Made by a program: the position numbers and the translations under genes
Shown: positions 25,737 to 34,543 of the stretch, piece after piece
How the letters are laid out: the number at the start of each line of letters is the position of its first letter
Position numbering within the stretch: position 1 is the stretch's first letter
Notes under the pieces: model-generated
What the model was told of the DNA's origin: nothing
The model's database searches: none
Seen by the model: only the letters and a program-made list of their open reading frames with translations
From: an uncultured Anaerolineales bacterium
GTDB lineage: Bacteria > Planctomycetota > Phycisphaerae > FEN-1346
Assembly (NCBI GenBank): GCA_964437855.1
Contig: CAYTJE010000001.1
Coordinates: 1-52,238 of the forward strand
DNA: 52,238 nucleotides
Reading direction: 5' to 3'

Positions 25737-26795
25737 ATGAGCGATGGATCCTGGACGCCCGGAGGCCCCGGGTCCGCCGTGCCGCCGTCGTCCCCGCCGC
25801 CCGCGCAGCCGCCGCCCCGCCGCAGCCGCGTGCTGACGGTGCTCGGCACGATCGTCCTGGTCCTCTCGATCCTGGCGAACATCGTGCTGCTCCTGGTGGT
25901 GGTCGGCCTGATAGGCATGGTGGGGATGATGGGTGCCGGCGGCGGCGTGGTGGAAACGCCGCTGCTGGAGCGCACACTCGAGCGGGGTCCGGCGTCGACC
26001 AAGGTCGCCGTCGTGCGGATTCAGGGCCTCATCGAGGACACCCAGGCCGAGCGGGTCCGCCGGCAACTGGACAAGGCCGCCCGCGACGATGCCGTCCGGG
26101 CCGTCATCCTCCGCATCAACTCGCCCGGGGGGTACCTGACCGCCAGCGACGTCCTGTACCACCACATCCGCCGATTCGCCGAGGAAAGCGGCAAGCCGGT
26201 CGTGGCGGCGATGGACTCCGTGGCGGCCTCCGGCGGGTACTACGCCGCCTGCGCCGCCGAGACCATCGTGGCCCAGCGGACCACCGTGACCGGGTCGATC
26301 GGCATCATCGCCCAGTACTTCTTCCTGAACAGCCTGATGGAAGACAAACTGGGCATCCAGATGGTGACGCTGAAGCGCGGCCGGCAGAAGGACTGGCCGA
26401 ACCCCTTCGCGGCCGAGATGACCCCCGAACAGCGCGACTACATCATGACCTCGCTCCTGGACCCCGGCTACGACCAGTTCGTGGACGTGGTGGCCGAGGG
26501 GCGGGACATGGACCGCCCGGACGTGCTCCGCCTGGCCACCGGCCGCATCTTCATGGGCCCCGAGGCCCGCGCGAGCGGCCTCGTGGACGAGATCGGCTAC
26601 TTTGAGCGGGCCGTCGCCATCGCCAAGGAGAAGGCCGGCGTGGCCGAGGCACGGGTCGTCGAGTACGTCCAGCCGTTCTCCCTGATGAACCTGATGGGCC
26701 TGACGGCCAAGGCGGAGTCGCTGCTGGACCTGAGGCCGGAGACGCTGCCCGCCCTCTCCTCACCGCGAATTATGTACCTGTGGACGGGTCAGTAA
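25737..26795 (+). CDS. sppA: Signal peptide peptidase SppA (36K type)
   Basis: N-terminal TM helix, INSPGG, AASGGYYAA and TGSIGI motifs. Confidence 0.9.
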   Translation: MSDGSWTPGGPGSAVPPSSPPPAQPPPRRSRVLTVLGTIVLVLSILANIVLLLVVVGLIGMVGMMGAGGGVVETPLLERTLERGPASTKVAVVRIQGLIEDTQAERVRRQLDKAARDDAVRAVILRINSPGGYLTASDVLYHHIRRFAEESGKPVVAAMDSVAASGGYYAACAAETIVAQRTTVTGSIGIIAQYFFLNSLMEDKLGIQMVTLKRGRQKDWPNPFAAEMTPEQRDYIMTSLLDPGYDQFVDVVAEGRDMDRPDVLRLATGRIFMGPEARASGLVDEIGYFERAVAIAKEKAGVAEARVVEYVQPFSLMNLMGLTAKAESLLDLRPETLPALSSPRIMYLWTGQ

Positions 26796-26814
26796 TACGA
26801 CGGAACGGCCTTGT

Positions 26815-26836
26815 GCGCGGTCCGGACGGACCGCGC
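26815..26836 (+). terminator. REP-type hairpin after sppA, possible terminator
   Basis: GCGCGGTCC-GGAC-GGACCGCGC, followed a few nt later by a short T run (GTGTTTTC). Confidence 0.4.
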
Positions 26837-26898
26837 GACAGGGTGTTTTCGGGACGGCGCGGTCCGTACCCGCTGTGCCCGTCCCTTTCTGCTGCGCG

Positions 26899-26927
26899 TT
26901 GACACCTCCGCGACCGGCCCCTAAGAT
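26899..26927 (+). promoter_or_regulatory. Sigma70-like promoter for hemL: TTGACA-17-TAAGAT
   Basis: The -35 is at 26899-26904 and the -10 at 26922-26927. Confidence 0.55.
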
Positions 26928-26969
26928 GGTCTCTGACGGTTCCCCGCGACTCGAGTGTCGAGGTCCGGC

Positions 26970-28319
26970 ATGCACGGTGCGTCCGACGGCCCCCCCCTCC
27001 GAGGCAGCGCCGAGGCGCTGGCGCGCGCCGAGCGGGTCATGCCGGGCGGCGTCTCCAGCCCGGTCCGGGCTTACGGGGCGGTGGGCGGGCGGCCGCCCTT
27101 CATCGCCTCCGGCCGGGGAGCCCGCCTCACGGACATCGACGGCAACACCTATATCGATTACGTGTGCAGTTGGGGACCGCTCATCCTGGGCCACGCGCAC
27201 CCGCAGGTGGTGGACGCGGTGCGGGAGGCGCTGGAGGCGGGGGCCTCCTTCGGCGCCCCGACGCTTCGCGAGATCGACCTGGCCGAACGCGTCGCCGACG
27301 CCATGCCGCACGCCCAGCAGGTCCGCTTCGTCAACTCGGGGACCGAGGCGACGATGAGCGCCCTTCGGCTGGCGCGGGCGGCCACGGGGCGGCCCGGCGT
27401 CCTCAAGTTCGAGGGGGGCTACCACGGCCACGTGGACGGCCTCCTGGTGGCCGCCGGCAGCGGCGCCACGACCTTTGCTGCTCTGCGAAGCAACGAGGCT
27501 TCGCTGCGAAGCACGAGCGGCTCGCCGGCCAGCCCCGGCGTGCTCGCCGAGACCGTCCGGCACACGCACCTCGTGCCCTTCAACAACCTGGAGGCCGCCG
27601 CCGAGACGTGCGAGGCCCACGCCGACGCCCTGGCCTGTATCCTGGTGGAGCCGGTGGCCGGGAACATGGGCGTTGTGCCGCCCGCCGACGGATTTCTGGA
27701 CGGCCTCCGCCGATTGGCCGACCGGCACGGCCTGCTCCTGGTGTTTGACGAGGTGATGACCGGTTTCCGGGTAGCCCGGGGCGGCGCGGCCGAGCGATAC
27801 AACGTGACGCCCGACCTGGTGACGTTGGGCAAGGTCCTTGGCGGCGGACTGCCGGTGGGCGCCTACGGCGGCCGGGCCGACCTCATGCAGCAGGTCAGCC
27901 CCGCCGGGCCGGTGTACCAGGCGGGCACGCTGTCGGGAAATCCGCTGGCCATGGCCGCCGGAATCGTTACGCTGGACGTATTGGCCGAGCCGGGCGCCTA
28001 CGAGCAACTCGAGACGGCCGGCGCCCGCCTGGCCGACGGCCTGGCCCAGGCCGCCCGCGAGGCCGGCGTCCGGGCCCGCGTGCAGCGGGTCGGCTCGATG
28101 CTGTCACTGTTCTTTACGGATGGACCGGTAACCGATTACGCCTCGGCGAGGCGGTGCGACACGCAGGCGTTCGGGCGGTTCCACGGGGCGATGCTGGCCC
28201 GCGGCGTCTACCTGCCGCCAAGCCAGTTCGAGGCCTGGTTCGTGAGCCTCGCCCACGGCGAGGCGGAGATCGACCGGACCGTCGAGGCCGCCCGCGAGGC
28301 CCTGCGCGACCTCGCCTGA
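26970..28319 (+). CDS. hemL: Glutamate-1-semialdehyde 2,1-aminomutase
   Basis: PGGVSSPVRA, SWGPLILGH, NSGTEATMSALRLAR, DEVMTGFR and YQAGTLSGNP, collinear with HemL as I recall it. An alternative GTG start lies at 26955. Confidence 0.92.
   Translation: MHGASDGPPLRGSAEALARAERVMPGGVSSPVRAYGAVGGRPPFIASGRGARLTDIDGNTYIDYVCSWGPLILGHAHPQVVDAVREALEAGASFGAPTLREIDLAERVADAMPHAQQVRFVNSGTEATMSALRLARAATGRPGVLKFEGGYHGHVDGLLVAAGSGATTFAALRSNEASLRSTSGSPASPGVLAETVRHTHLVPFNNLEAAAETCEAHADALACILVEPVAGNMGVVPPADGFLDGLRRLADRHGLLLVFDEVMTGFRVARGGAAERYNVTPDLVTLGKVLGGGLPVGAYGGRADLMQQVSPAGPVYQAGTLSGNPLAMAAGIVTLDVLAEPGAYEQLETAGARLADGLAQAAREAGVRARVQRVGSMLSLFFTDGPVTDYASARRCDTQAFGRFHGAMLARGVYLPPSQFEAWFVSLAHGEAEIDRTVEAAREALRDLA
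27477..27518. repeat. 42-nt palindromic insert in frame in hemL
   Basis: GCGAAGC-AACGAG-GCTTCGC-T-GCGAAGC arms, translated as AALRSNEASLRSTS. This lies between AGSGA and SPGV, where E. coli HemL has only about 7 residues (from memory). Confidence 0.5.
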
Positions 28320-28392
28320 CGGGCCGCGGCGCGGCCGGTCTGCCGGTCCGCCCCGGCAAGCCGTGCCGAACAACAGTCCAGGGAGAGACGCC

Positions 28393-29295
28393 ATGGCTCA
28401 AGAGCAGAAGCGCGACCAGACGGTTCGTCTGCCCAATCCGAGCGCCCAGCCGTTCGTCGCCGCCCTGAAGACGGTGCGGTTCTTCGCCGTGCTGTTCTTC
28501 TGGGTGGCCATGGTGTGCGTCCTGGCCCACGTGGCGGCGTTCGTGTTGACCGAATGGGTGGGCCTGTACGAGGAGTCGGAGACCGACCCGCCGCCGGCCG
28601 AGATCCCGGCCGAGGCGGCCGCCTCCGCTCCCGCACCGTGGCTGGGCCTCGTGGAGTCGTCGGCCGTGGCAGGCCAGCCGGGCGAACTGTTCCCGAACGT
28701 CAAACCCGACCAGCCGGCGAAGGCGGCGACCGAGACGACCGACGCGGCACCGGCCGAACCGGAGACGCCTCCGCCCGCCCCGGAACCGGAGGCGAACGAG
28801 GAGGAGGGCGTCGTCGGCATGGGCGGCGGGACGGAGACGTCCGAGGAAGCGTTACCCGAGACCCCGGAGGACGGCCGCGGCGCCGCCTTCTATCGCCGGG
28901 TGACCGCCCGCGTGCTGCGCCCGGCCCGGGTGGTCGGCATCCTGGCGTCGATTCTGCTGGCGGTGACGGTGTTTCTGTACCTTCAGATCGCCCTGCTGGG
29001 CCGGCTGGCGGGGATCCGCCAACTGACCCGGGCCCTGTTTCTCCTGCTGCTCTTCCTGGTGACCGTCCTGCCGTGGAGCAACGTCTTTGAAGAGGTGCAG
29101 GTTACCGCGCTGTACGATTTTGCCCAACTTCTGTCGGACCACGCGGCGGGGGCGGGGGCCTCGGCGGACTGGGCCGAGGCGGGCCTGTACTACGGCCGGT
29201 ACTTCGTCTTCCCGGCAATCGGCGTGCTGCTGCTGGGTCTGGCAGGGCTCCACTTCGCCGGGGGTTACAGCCGGTCGGTCCTCGCGAACGAGTAG
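28393..29295 (+). CDS. Hypothetical membrane protein (N-terminal TM, acidic/Pro-rich linker, C-terminal TM bundle)
   Basis: Start at ATG 28393 with AGGGAGAGA upstream. Hydrophobic segments FFAVLFFWVAMVCVLAHVAAFVL and VVGILASILLAVTVFLYL. No known domain recognised. Confidence 0.6.
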   Translation: MAQEQKRDQTVRLPNPSAQPFVAALKTVRFFAVLFFWVAMVCVLAHVAAFVLTEWVGLYEESETDPPPAEIPAEAAASAPAPWLGLVESSAVAGQPGELFPNVKPDQPAKAATETTDAAPAEPETPPPAPEPEANEEEGVVGMGGGTETSEEALPETPEDGRGAAFYRRVTARVLRPARVVGILASILLAVTVFLYLQIALLGRLAGIRQLTRALFLLLLFLVTVLPWSNVFEEVQVTALYDFAQLLSDHAAGAGASADWAEAGLYYGRYFVFPAIGVLLLGLAGLHFAGGYSRSVLANE

Positions 29296-29315
29296 CCGGA
29301 CGGAGGCCCGTCACC

Positions 29316-30332
29316 ATGATCCGGTTCCGCTGTCCGCACTGCGACTCGCAGATGGAGGTGGACGAATCGTTCGCCGGGCAGCCGGCCCGGTGCCCCACGT
29401 GCGGGACGACCCTGAAGGTGCCGGCCGAAGACACCTCGCACGCCCGGGCGGCCCCGGCCGGGGGATCGCGGCGCGGCACGGCGCGCGTCATGATCGGCGG
29501 GGAAGACGTCGACGTGGTTCCCCCGCTGGATACGATGGTCATCGTCAGCCTGGTGTGTGTGGGGCTGGCGGTGGGGGTGTTTCTGCTTGCCGGCCTGACG
29601 AAGTTCGTCCGCCTGCCGTGGGCCGTGGGCGCGCTGCTGGGCATGCTGATGGCGCTGCTGGGCGTGATCGTGGCGATCCCGGCCTACCATAGCATCCGGC
29701 GGAGCAAGGGGCGGCGCCGCGGCCGGACCCACGCGATGATCGCCCTGGGGTCCGGGAGCGGCCTGTTTCTGATCTTCGCCGTCGTCGCGCTCGTCCTCTT
29801 TCTGCGTCACTTCTATATGCGTGCAACTTGCGAGGAGAACCTGGAGCACATCTACGTGGCCCTGCGCCAGTACGCCGATGACCACAAGGGCGCATTTCCG
29901 CCGGCGCTCGAGACCCTCGCGGACGAAGGGTACCTCCCCAGCGACCGCTGGCTCACCTGCCCGGCCCACGTCAAGGCGTCGATCGGCGAGAATACCTACG
30001 TTCTGACCCCCGAGATCAACGTCGAGGCCAAGCGCCCCGGCGGCGAGCCCTGGTGGCCGCCCGACACCATGATCGTCAGCGACGGCCGGCCCGACGCTCA
30101 CCAGGACGGCAAGGTCCGCGTGCTGCTCTTGAACGGCGAGATCAAACACATCCCCCTGTCCGAGTGGTACGCCTACCGGAAAACTCAGAACCAGCGCTGG
30201 AGCCGCATCGTCATGGAGCGGCGCGAGGCCCGGCCACGCAAACCGGGGCCACCGCCGGAGCGGCCGAAGACGCCGCCGCCCGCCAGCGGGGACCCATCGG
30301 CCGCCGGGACATCCAAGGAGACCGGCCCGTGA
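29316..30332 (+). CDS. Zinc-ribbon membrane protein with a DUF1559/pseudopilin-like C-terminal segment
   Basis: MIRFRCPHCDSQMEV..ARCPTCGTTLKVP, several TM helices, then CEENLEHIYVALRQYADDHKGAFPP, which resembles planctomycete H-X9-DG family heads. Confidence 0.6.
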   Translation: MIRFRCPHCDSQMEVDESFAGQPARCPTCGTTLKVPAEDTSHARAAPAGGSRRGTARVMIGGEDVDVVPPLDTMVIVSLVCVGLAVGVFLLAGLTKFVRLPWAVGALLGMLMALLGVIVAIPAYHSIRRSKGRRRGRTHAMIALGSGSGLFLIFAVVALVLFLRHFYMRATCEENLEHIYVALRQYADDHKGAFPPALETLADEGYLPSDRWLTCPAHVKASIGENTYVLTPEINVEAKRPGGEPWWPPDTMIVSDGRPDAHQDGKVRVLLLNGEIKHIPLSEWYAYRKTQNQRWSRIVMERREARPRKPGPPPERPKTPPPASGDPSAAGTSKETGP

Positions 30333-30658
30333 CGAACGAGCCCATCGAGACCGAGGCCGACCGCGACGACGGCCCGTCCGCCCTGATGAAGGCCCTGGCC
30401 GCGGTCATGCTCGTCATCCCCCTGGCGGGCATCGCCTGGCACGTGTACGTATCCCTAGCCCTGGACGACGAGGCCGTCTCCGCCTACCTCCGAAGCCTGT
30501 GGCTGAAGGCGCTGGCGCTGGTGGCGTTCTTCAACCTCCTGGGCAACTGGTTCCACTACCGCCACACCCGGATGAAGGTGGACCTCGCCTCGCGCATCCT
30601 GACCTACGTGTGGGTCATCTCGATGGTCCTCTTATTCCGGCGCGTCGTGAACTGGTGA
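30329..30658 (+). CDS. Small hypothetical membrane protein
   Basis: GTG at 30329 overlaps the upstream stop (GTGA), with AAGGAG at 30315-30320. Three predicted TM helices. Confidence 0.5.
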   Translation: MTNEPIETEADRDDGPSALMKALAAVMLVIPLAGIAWHVYVSLALDDEAVSAYLRSLWLKALALVAFFNLLGNWFHYRHTRMKVDLASRILTYVWVISMVLLFRRVVNW

Positions 30659-30697
30659 CGCCGGAACTGACGTGACCGCGGCACCGGGTTCCTTTGC

Positions 30698-31528
30698 GTG
30701 ACGGTTTCCGCCGACGAGAGGGATTCCGTGACCGATCTGGCCGTCGTCTTCCCGACTGCCGGCGAGTTCGAGAAGGCCCGCCGCGCCCTTCGCCACGCCG
30801 GGGCAGCCTACCGGGTCGTGGAGCCGCCCGTCGAGGTCGCCGACGTGGCCGTGCCGCTGCTCGTCCTGCCCGACGCCTCGCGCGGAGCCCTGCACGAGTC
30901 CTTACGCGCCGGCGTGATGATGGCCGGCCAGGTGCCTTACCGGGAACCGGCGGGCGACGTCCTGGCCGACCTGCCGCCCGCCCCGGCCGGCGCCGACGAC
31001 GTCGTCGGCCGCATCACCATCGCCTTCGTCGGCCCGTGCGTCGCCACCGCGGACGAGATCCGGTTCACGGCCCAGGTCCAGGGCGACCTGGCGCCGGTGA
31101 TGCCGTATCTGAACGCCACCCTCCCCGCCGGCACGTATGGACCGGAGGGGCCCACGTTCACCTTGATGGACGGTCAGCGGCTGGTGAATCTGTCGGGACA
31201 CCGTATCGCGGTCTCGCGCTGCCGCGAGATGCTCGACGCCTGGCGGACGCTGGCCAAGGTCAAACGCACGGTGCTGGACGTGTGGTCGCGGCGAGAGGGG
31301 ATTCAGCCAAGCACGGAGCGGCGCGTCCAGGTCACGGCCCTGGAGGTCTACCAGCGGACGCCGCAGATCAACTGCGGCGCCTGCGGCGAGCCGACGTGCA
31401 TGGCCTTCGCCGCCCGGCTCGTGGCAGGGGAGCAGCGGCCGGAGCACTGCACGCCGGCGCTGGAGGGCGAATACCAGCATCTGCGCGCGGGCCTGCGGGA
31501 GATCGCCGACCGCCTTGGGCTGGGATGA
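30698..31528 (+). CDS. (Fe-S)-binding protein: DUF3343-like N-domain plus a C-terminal CFeSP/RnfB-type 4Fe-4S domain
   Basis: C-terminal INCGACGEPTCMAFAARLVAGEQRPEHC. The N-terminal VVFPTAGEFEKARRALRHAGAAYRVV resembles DUF3343. The start is either 30698 (GTG) or 30728 (GTG with GAGAGGGA upstream). Confidence 0.6.
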   Translation: MTVSADERDSVTDLAVVFPTAGEFEKARRALRHAGAAYRVVEPPVEVADVAVPLLVLPDASRGALHESLRAGVMMAGQVPYREPAGDVLADLPPAPAGADDVVGRITIAFVGPCVATADEIRFTAQVQGDLAPVMPYLNATLPAGTYGPEGPTFTLMDGQRLVNLSGHRIAVSRCREMLDAWRTLAKVKRTVLDVWSRREGIQPSTERRVQVTALEVYQRTPQINCGACGEPTCMAFAARLVAGEQRPEHCTPALEGEYQHLRAGLREIADRLGLG

Positions 31529-31614
31529 CCGCCGAAACCCTCGACACGGCCCGCCCCGTGCCGTAGTTTAAGAGGTGTTGGGTACCACGGGTGGCTTGCC
31601 GCGCGCATGTAGCG

Positions 31615-31712
31615 AGGCGGCCGCCGGAGCGGCCGGCCATCTTCATCCGCCGTGGTAGATACCAGGGCCGATGAGGATGCCCCGACGGTTCCGCATCGGG
31701 CTCGGGCTCGGC
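31615..31712 (+). repeat. Sulfatase-leader element, divergent copy c3
   Basis: Hairpin CGGCCGC-CGGA-GCGGCCG, core CATCTTCATCCGCCGTGGTAGATACC, and hairpin CCCGACGG-TTCC-GCATCGGG. Confidence 0.5.
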
Positions 31713-31755
31713 GAGTCGGGAAACCCGCCGCGCGATTCTTTGTCAGGAGACCATC

Positions 31756-34329
31756 ATGTTCCGACCCACGCGACGTGAGTTTCTGAAGGCCGCAGCCGCC
31801 GGTGCGGCCGTCTCGGTCGCCCCGCACCTCGTCCGCCGTGCAGCCGGCGCCGTCACCAATCCGAAGGAACGGCCGAACATCCTCTGGCTGAGTGCCGAGG
31901 ACCTCAGCCCCACCCTGGGCTGCTACGGCGACTCTTGCGCCGACACGCCGAATCTCGACAAGTTTGCCGCCCAGGGCGTCCGCTACGACAACGCCTTCAC
32001 CCACGCGCCCGTGTGCGCCCCCGCGCGCAGTGGCATCATCACGGGGATGTACCACACGACGATCGGCACCTCGTGGATGCGATGCAGCGGCGTGCCGCCC
32101 GTCGAGGCCCGTTGCTTCCCCGAGTATCTGCGGGCGTACGGGTACTACTGTACGAACAACTCGAAGACCGATTACCAGTTCTCGCCCCCGCCCACGGCGT
32201 GGGACGAGTCGAGCCGGAAGGCCCACTGGCGCAAGCGCCCACGGAAGGACCAGCCGTTCTTCGCCGTCTTCAACTTCACCGTCACACACGAGTCGAGCAC
32301 CCGGCGGTGGAAGGAGGGCCAGCAGCAACACGACCCCGCCAAGGCCCCCGTCCCGCCGTACTACCCGGACACGCCCGTCGTCCGGCAGAACATCGCGTGC
32401 TACTACGACAAAGTGTCGCAACTGGATGGCCAGATCGCCGACCGCCTGAAGGAACTGGAGCAGGCGGGCCTCGCCGACGACACCATCGTCTTCTTCTGGG
32501 GCGACCACGGGTGGGGGCTGACGCGCGGCAAGCGGTGGGTGTACGATTCCGGCATCCGCGTGCCGCTCATGGTCCGCGTGCCGGAGAAGTGGCGCCGGTG
32601 GGCGGAGGCGGGCGTCGTCGGTTCGGTGGCCCCGGGGACGGTGGCGACGGAGTTTGCGCGGTTCCTGGACTTCGCCCCCACGGTCCTCAGCCTGGCGGGG
32701 GGGCTGATTCCCGACCACATGCAGGGCCGGGCCTTCCTGGGGCCGCAGAAAGGCAAGGAGCCCGCTTACGTCTACGCCGCCCGCGACCGCATGGACGAAA
32801 CGTACGACTGCATCCGCGCCCTCCGAGACAAAAAGTACAAGTATATCCGGAACTTTATGCCATACCTGCCCCGCGGCCAGATCATCAACTACATGGACCA
32901 GACGCCCATCCTGAAGGAGATGCGGCGGCTGCACGACGCGGGCAAACTCAAAGACGGTCCCCAGATGCAGTTCTTCGAACCCACCAAGCCCGTCCACGAA
33001 CTCTACGACATCACCCGCGACCCGCACGAGGTCCACAACCTGGCCGGCGACCCGAAGCACCAAAAAACCGTCGAGCGCATGGAGGCGGCCCTGTTTGCCA
33101 AGATGAAGGCCATCGGCGACGTCGGCCTCATCCCCGAGTGCGAGTTCGACCAGATGAAGGGTTCCGGCCGGACCGACCCGCCCGTCTTCACCGTCACCGG
33201 CGGCGGAAACGGCAAGGCCCAGATGGTCCGCCTGACGTGCCCGACGCCCGGTGCCTCCATCACCTACCAGGTCAGCGAGCCCCCCGAAGCCGGGGGCGGC
33301 ACGGTCCTTCTGCCCGCCGCCAAGGCCCGCATCCACGGCAACGGGGCCAAGAAGAGCGGCGACCACATCAGCCACTGGCGCGGCAAGGACACCTACGTGG
33401 CCTGGAAGGCGAAGGTGCCGGCCGCCGGCCGCATGCCCGTCTGGATCGCCCAGGCCAATGCCGGCGAGAGCGGATCCGAATACGAACTCGCCATCGGCGA
33501 CGCCAAACTCACCGGCCGCATCCAGCACACCAATGGCTGGGAGACATGGAAATGGGTCCGCGTGGGCGAGGTCACGCTCGAAAAGGGCGGCACGGTCGAG
33601 GTCCGCCTCACGCCCACGAAGCAGGTCCAGGGGCGGCTGGGGAACGTTCGGGCCGTCGCCATCGGCGGCGAGAAGCCCCCCGAGACCGCGCGGGGGGCGG
33701 CCTGGCTCCTCTACCACGAGCCCATCGAGGTCGCCCCGGGCGAGCGGGTCCAGGCCAAGGCCGCACGCCTCGGCTACGCCGCGAGCGCCACCGCAACGTT
33801 TACCTACGGTGACGCGGGCGAGCCGCCCGCCAAGCCGAAGCCCGATGAGACGCCGTGGCGGAAGAAGATTGACGAGAGCGGGATGATCGACCGGATTCTC
33901 GCCCTCAAGGCCTACGACGGCCGGTGGACCGAGGGAGAGCAGGCGTACCTGGCGGCCCTGGCCGACCCCACCGGCCCCGTCCGTTACTGGGCCGTGGTGG
34001 GGCTGCACCAGGCGTATGCGGACGGCCCGCCGCCGCGCAAGATCCTGGAGAAGGTCCGGGCGCTCCTCGCGGACGAGGCGCCGTCGGCGCCCATCGCCGC
34101 CGCCCACGCCCTGGTGGCCTGGGGTGAAACGGAGGCGGGCCTCGCGCGCCTGGTCGAGGCTCTGAAGGCACCGGGCGAGAAGACGCGGCTCCTCGCGGGC
34201 CACGTGCTGGAAGTCCTCGGCCCAAAGGCCAAACCCGCCGCCGCCGAAATCGAGAAGGCCGCCAACGGCCAGGGCGGCTACCCCGGCCGACTCCTCCCGC
34301 GCGTCGTCAAGGCGCTGAAGGAGGCGTAA
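31756..34329 (+). CDS. Sulfatase 5 (Cys-type, Tat signal) with a long C-terminal extension (Fn3-associated/CBM-like modules and HEAT-like repeats)
   Basis: RREFLKAAAAGAAV, SAEDLS and CAPARSGIITGM. The C-terminal half has TCPTPGASITYQV, a WETWKWVRVGEV beta-sandwich-like segment, and VRYWAVVGL/AAAHALVAWGE helical repeats. Confidence 0.85.
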   Translation: MFRPTRREFLKAAAAGAAVSVAPHLVRRAAGAVTNPKERPNILWLSAEDLSPTLGCYGDSCADTPNLDKFAAQGVRYDNAFTHAPVCAPARSGIITGMYHTTIGTSWMRCSGVPPVEARCFPEYLRAYGYYCTNNSKTDYQFSPPPTAWDESSRKAHWRKRPRKDQPFFAVFNFTVTHESSTRRWKEGQQQHDPAKAPVPPYYPDTPVVRQNIACYYDKVSQLDGQIADRLKELEQAGLADDTIVFFWGDHGWGLTRGKRWVYDSGIRVPLMVRVPEKWRRWAEAGVVGSVAPGTVATEFARFLDFAPTVLSLAGGLIPDHMQGRAFLGPQKGKEPAYVYAARDRMDETYDCIRALRDKKYKYIRNFMPYLPRGQIINYMDQTPILKEMRRLHDAGKLKDGPQMQFFEPTKPVHELYDITRDPHEVHNLAGDPKHQKTVERMEAALFAKMKAIGDVGLIPECEFDQMKGSGRTDPPVFTVTGGGNGKAQMVRLTCPTPGASITYQVSEPPEAGGGTVLLPAAKARIHGNGAKKSGDHISHWRGKDTYVAWKAKVPAAGRMPVWIAQANAGESGSEYELAIGDAKLTGRIQHTNGWETWKWVRVGEVTLEKGGTVEVRLTPTKQVQGRLGNVRAVAIGGEKPPETARGAAWLLYHEPIEVAPGERVQAKAARLGYAASATATFTYGDAGEPPAKPKPDETPWRKKIDESGMIDRILALKAYDGRWTEGEQAYLAALADPTGPVRYWAVVGLHQAYADGPPPRKILEKVRALLADEAPSAPIAAAHALVAWGETEAGLARLVEALKAPGEKTRLLAGHVLEVLGPKAKPAAAEIEKAANGQGGYPGRLLPRVVKALKEA

Positions 34330-34404
34330 CAGAAACGTATAGCACGGTGGGTCTCCGCACCCGCCGCGCAAGGTTTGTCATTCCGACCGAGCCGGCGCAT
34401 GCTC

Positions 34405-34518
34405 GTCGTTCGATCCCGCCGCGGGAGCGGCGGGTCATCACCATCCGCCGTGGTCGACAACCAAGGCAGACGCCGATGTCCGGCTGCTTCCGCAGCCGGC
34501 TCGAACGGCAAACAGGCA
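34405..34518 (+). repeat. Sulfatase-leader element copy c1 (114 nt, structured, inverted termini)
   Basis: GTCGTTCGATCC-[CCCGCCGC GGGA GCGGCGGG]-TCATCACCATCCGCCGTGGTCGAC...[CCGGCTGC TTCC GCAGCCGG]-CTCGAACGGCAAACAGGCA. It ends 25 nt before ATG 34544. Confidence 0.75.
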
Positions 34519-34543
34519 CCCCGCACAGCACGAAAGGACCGCC

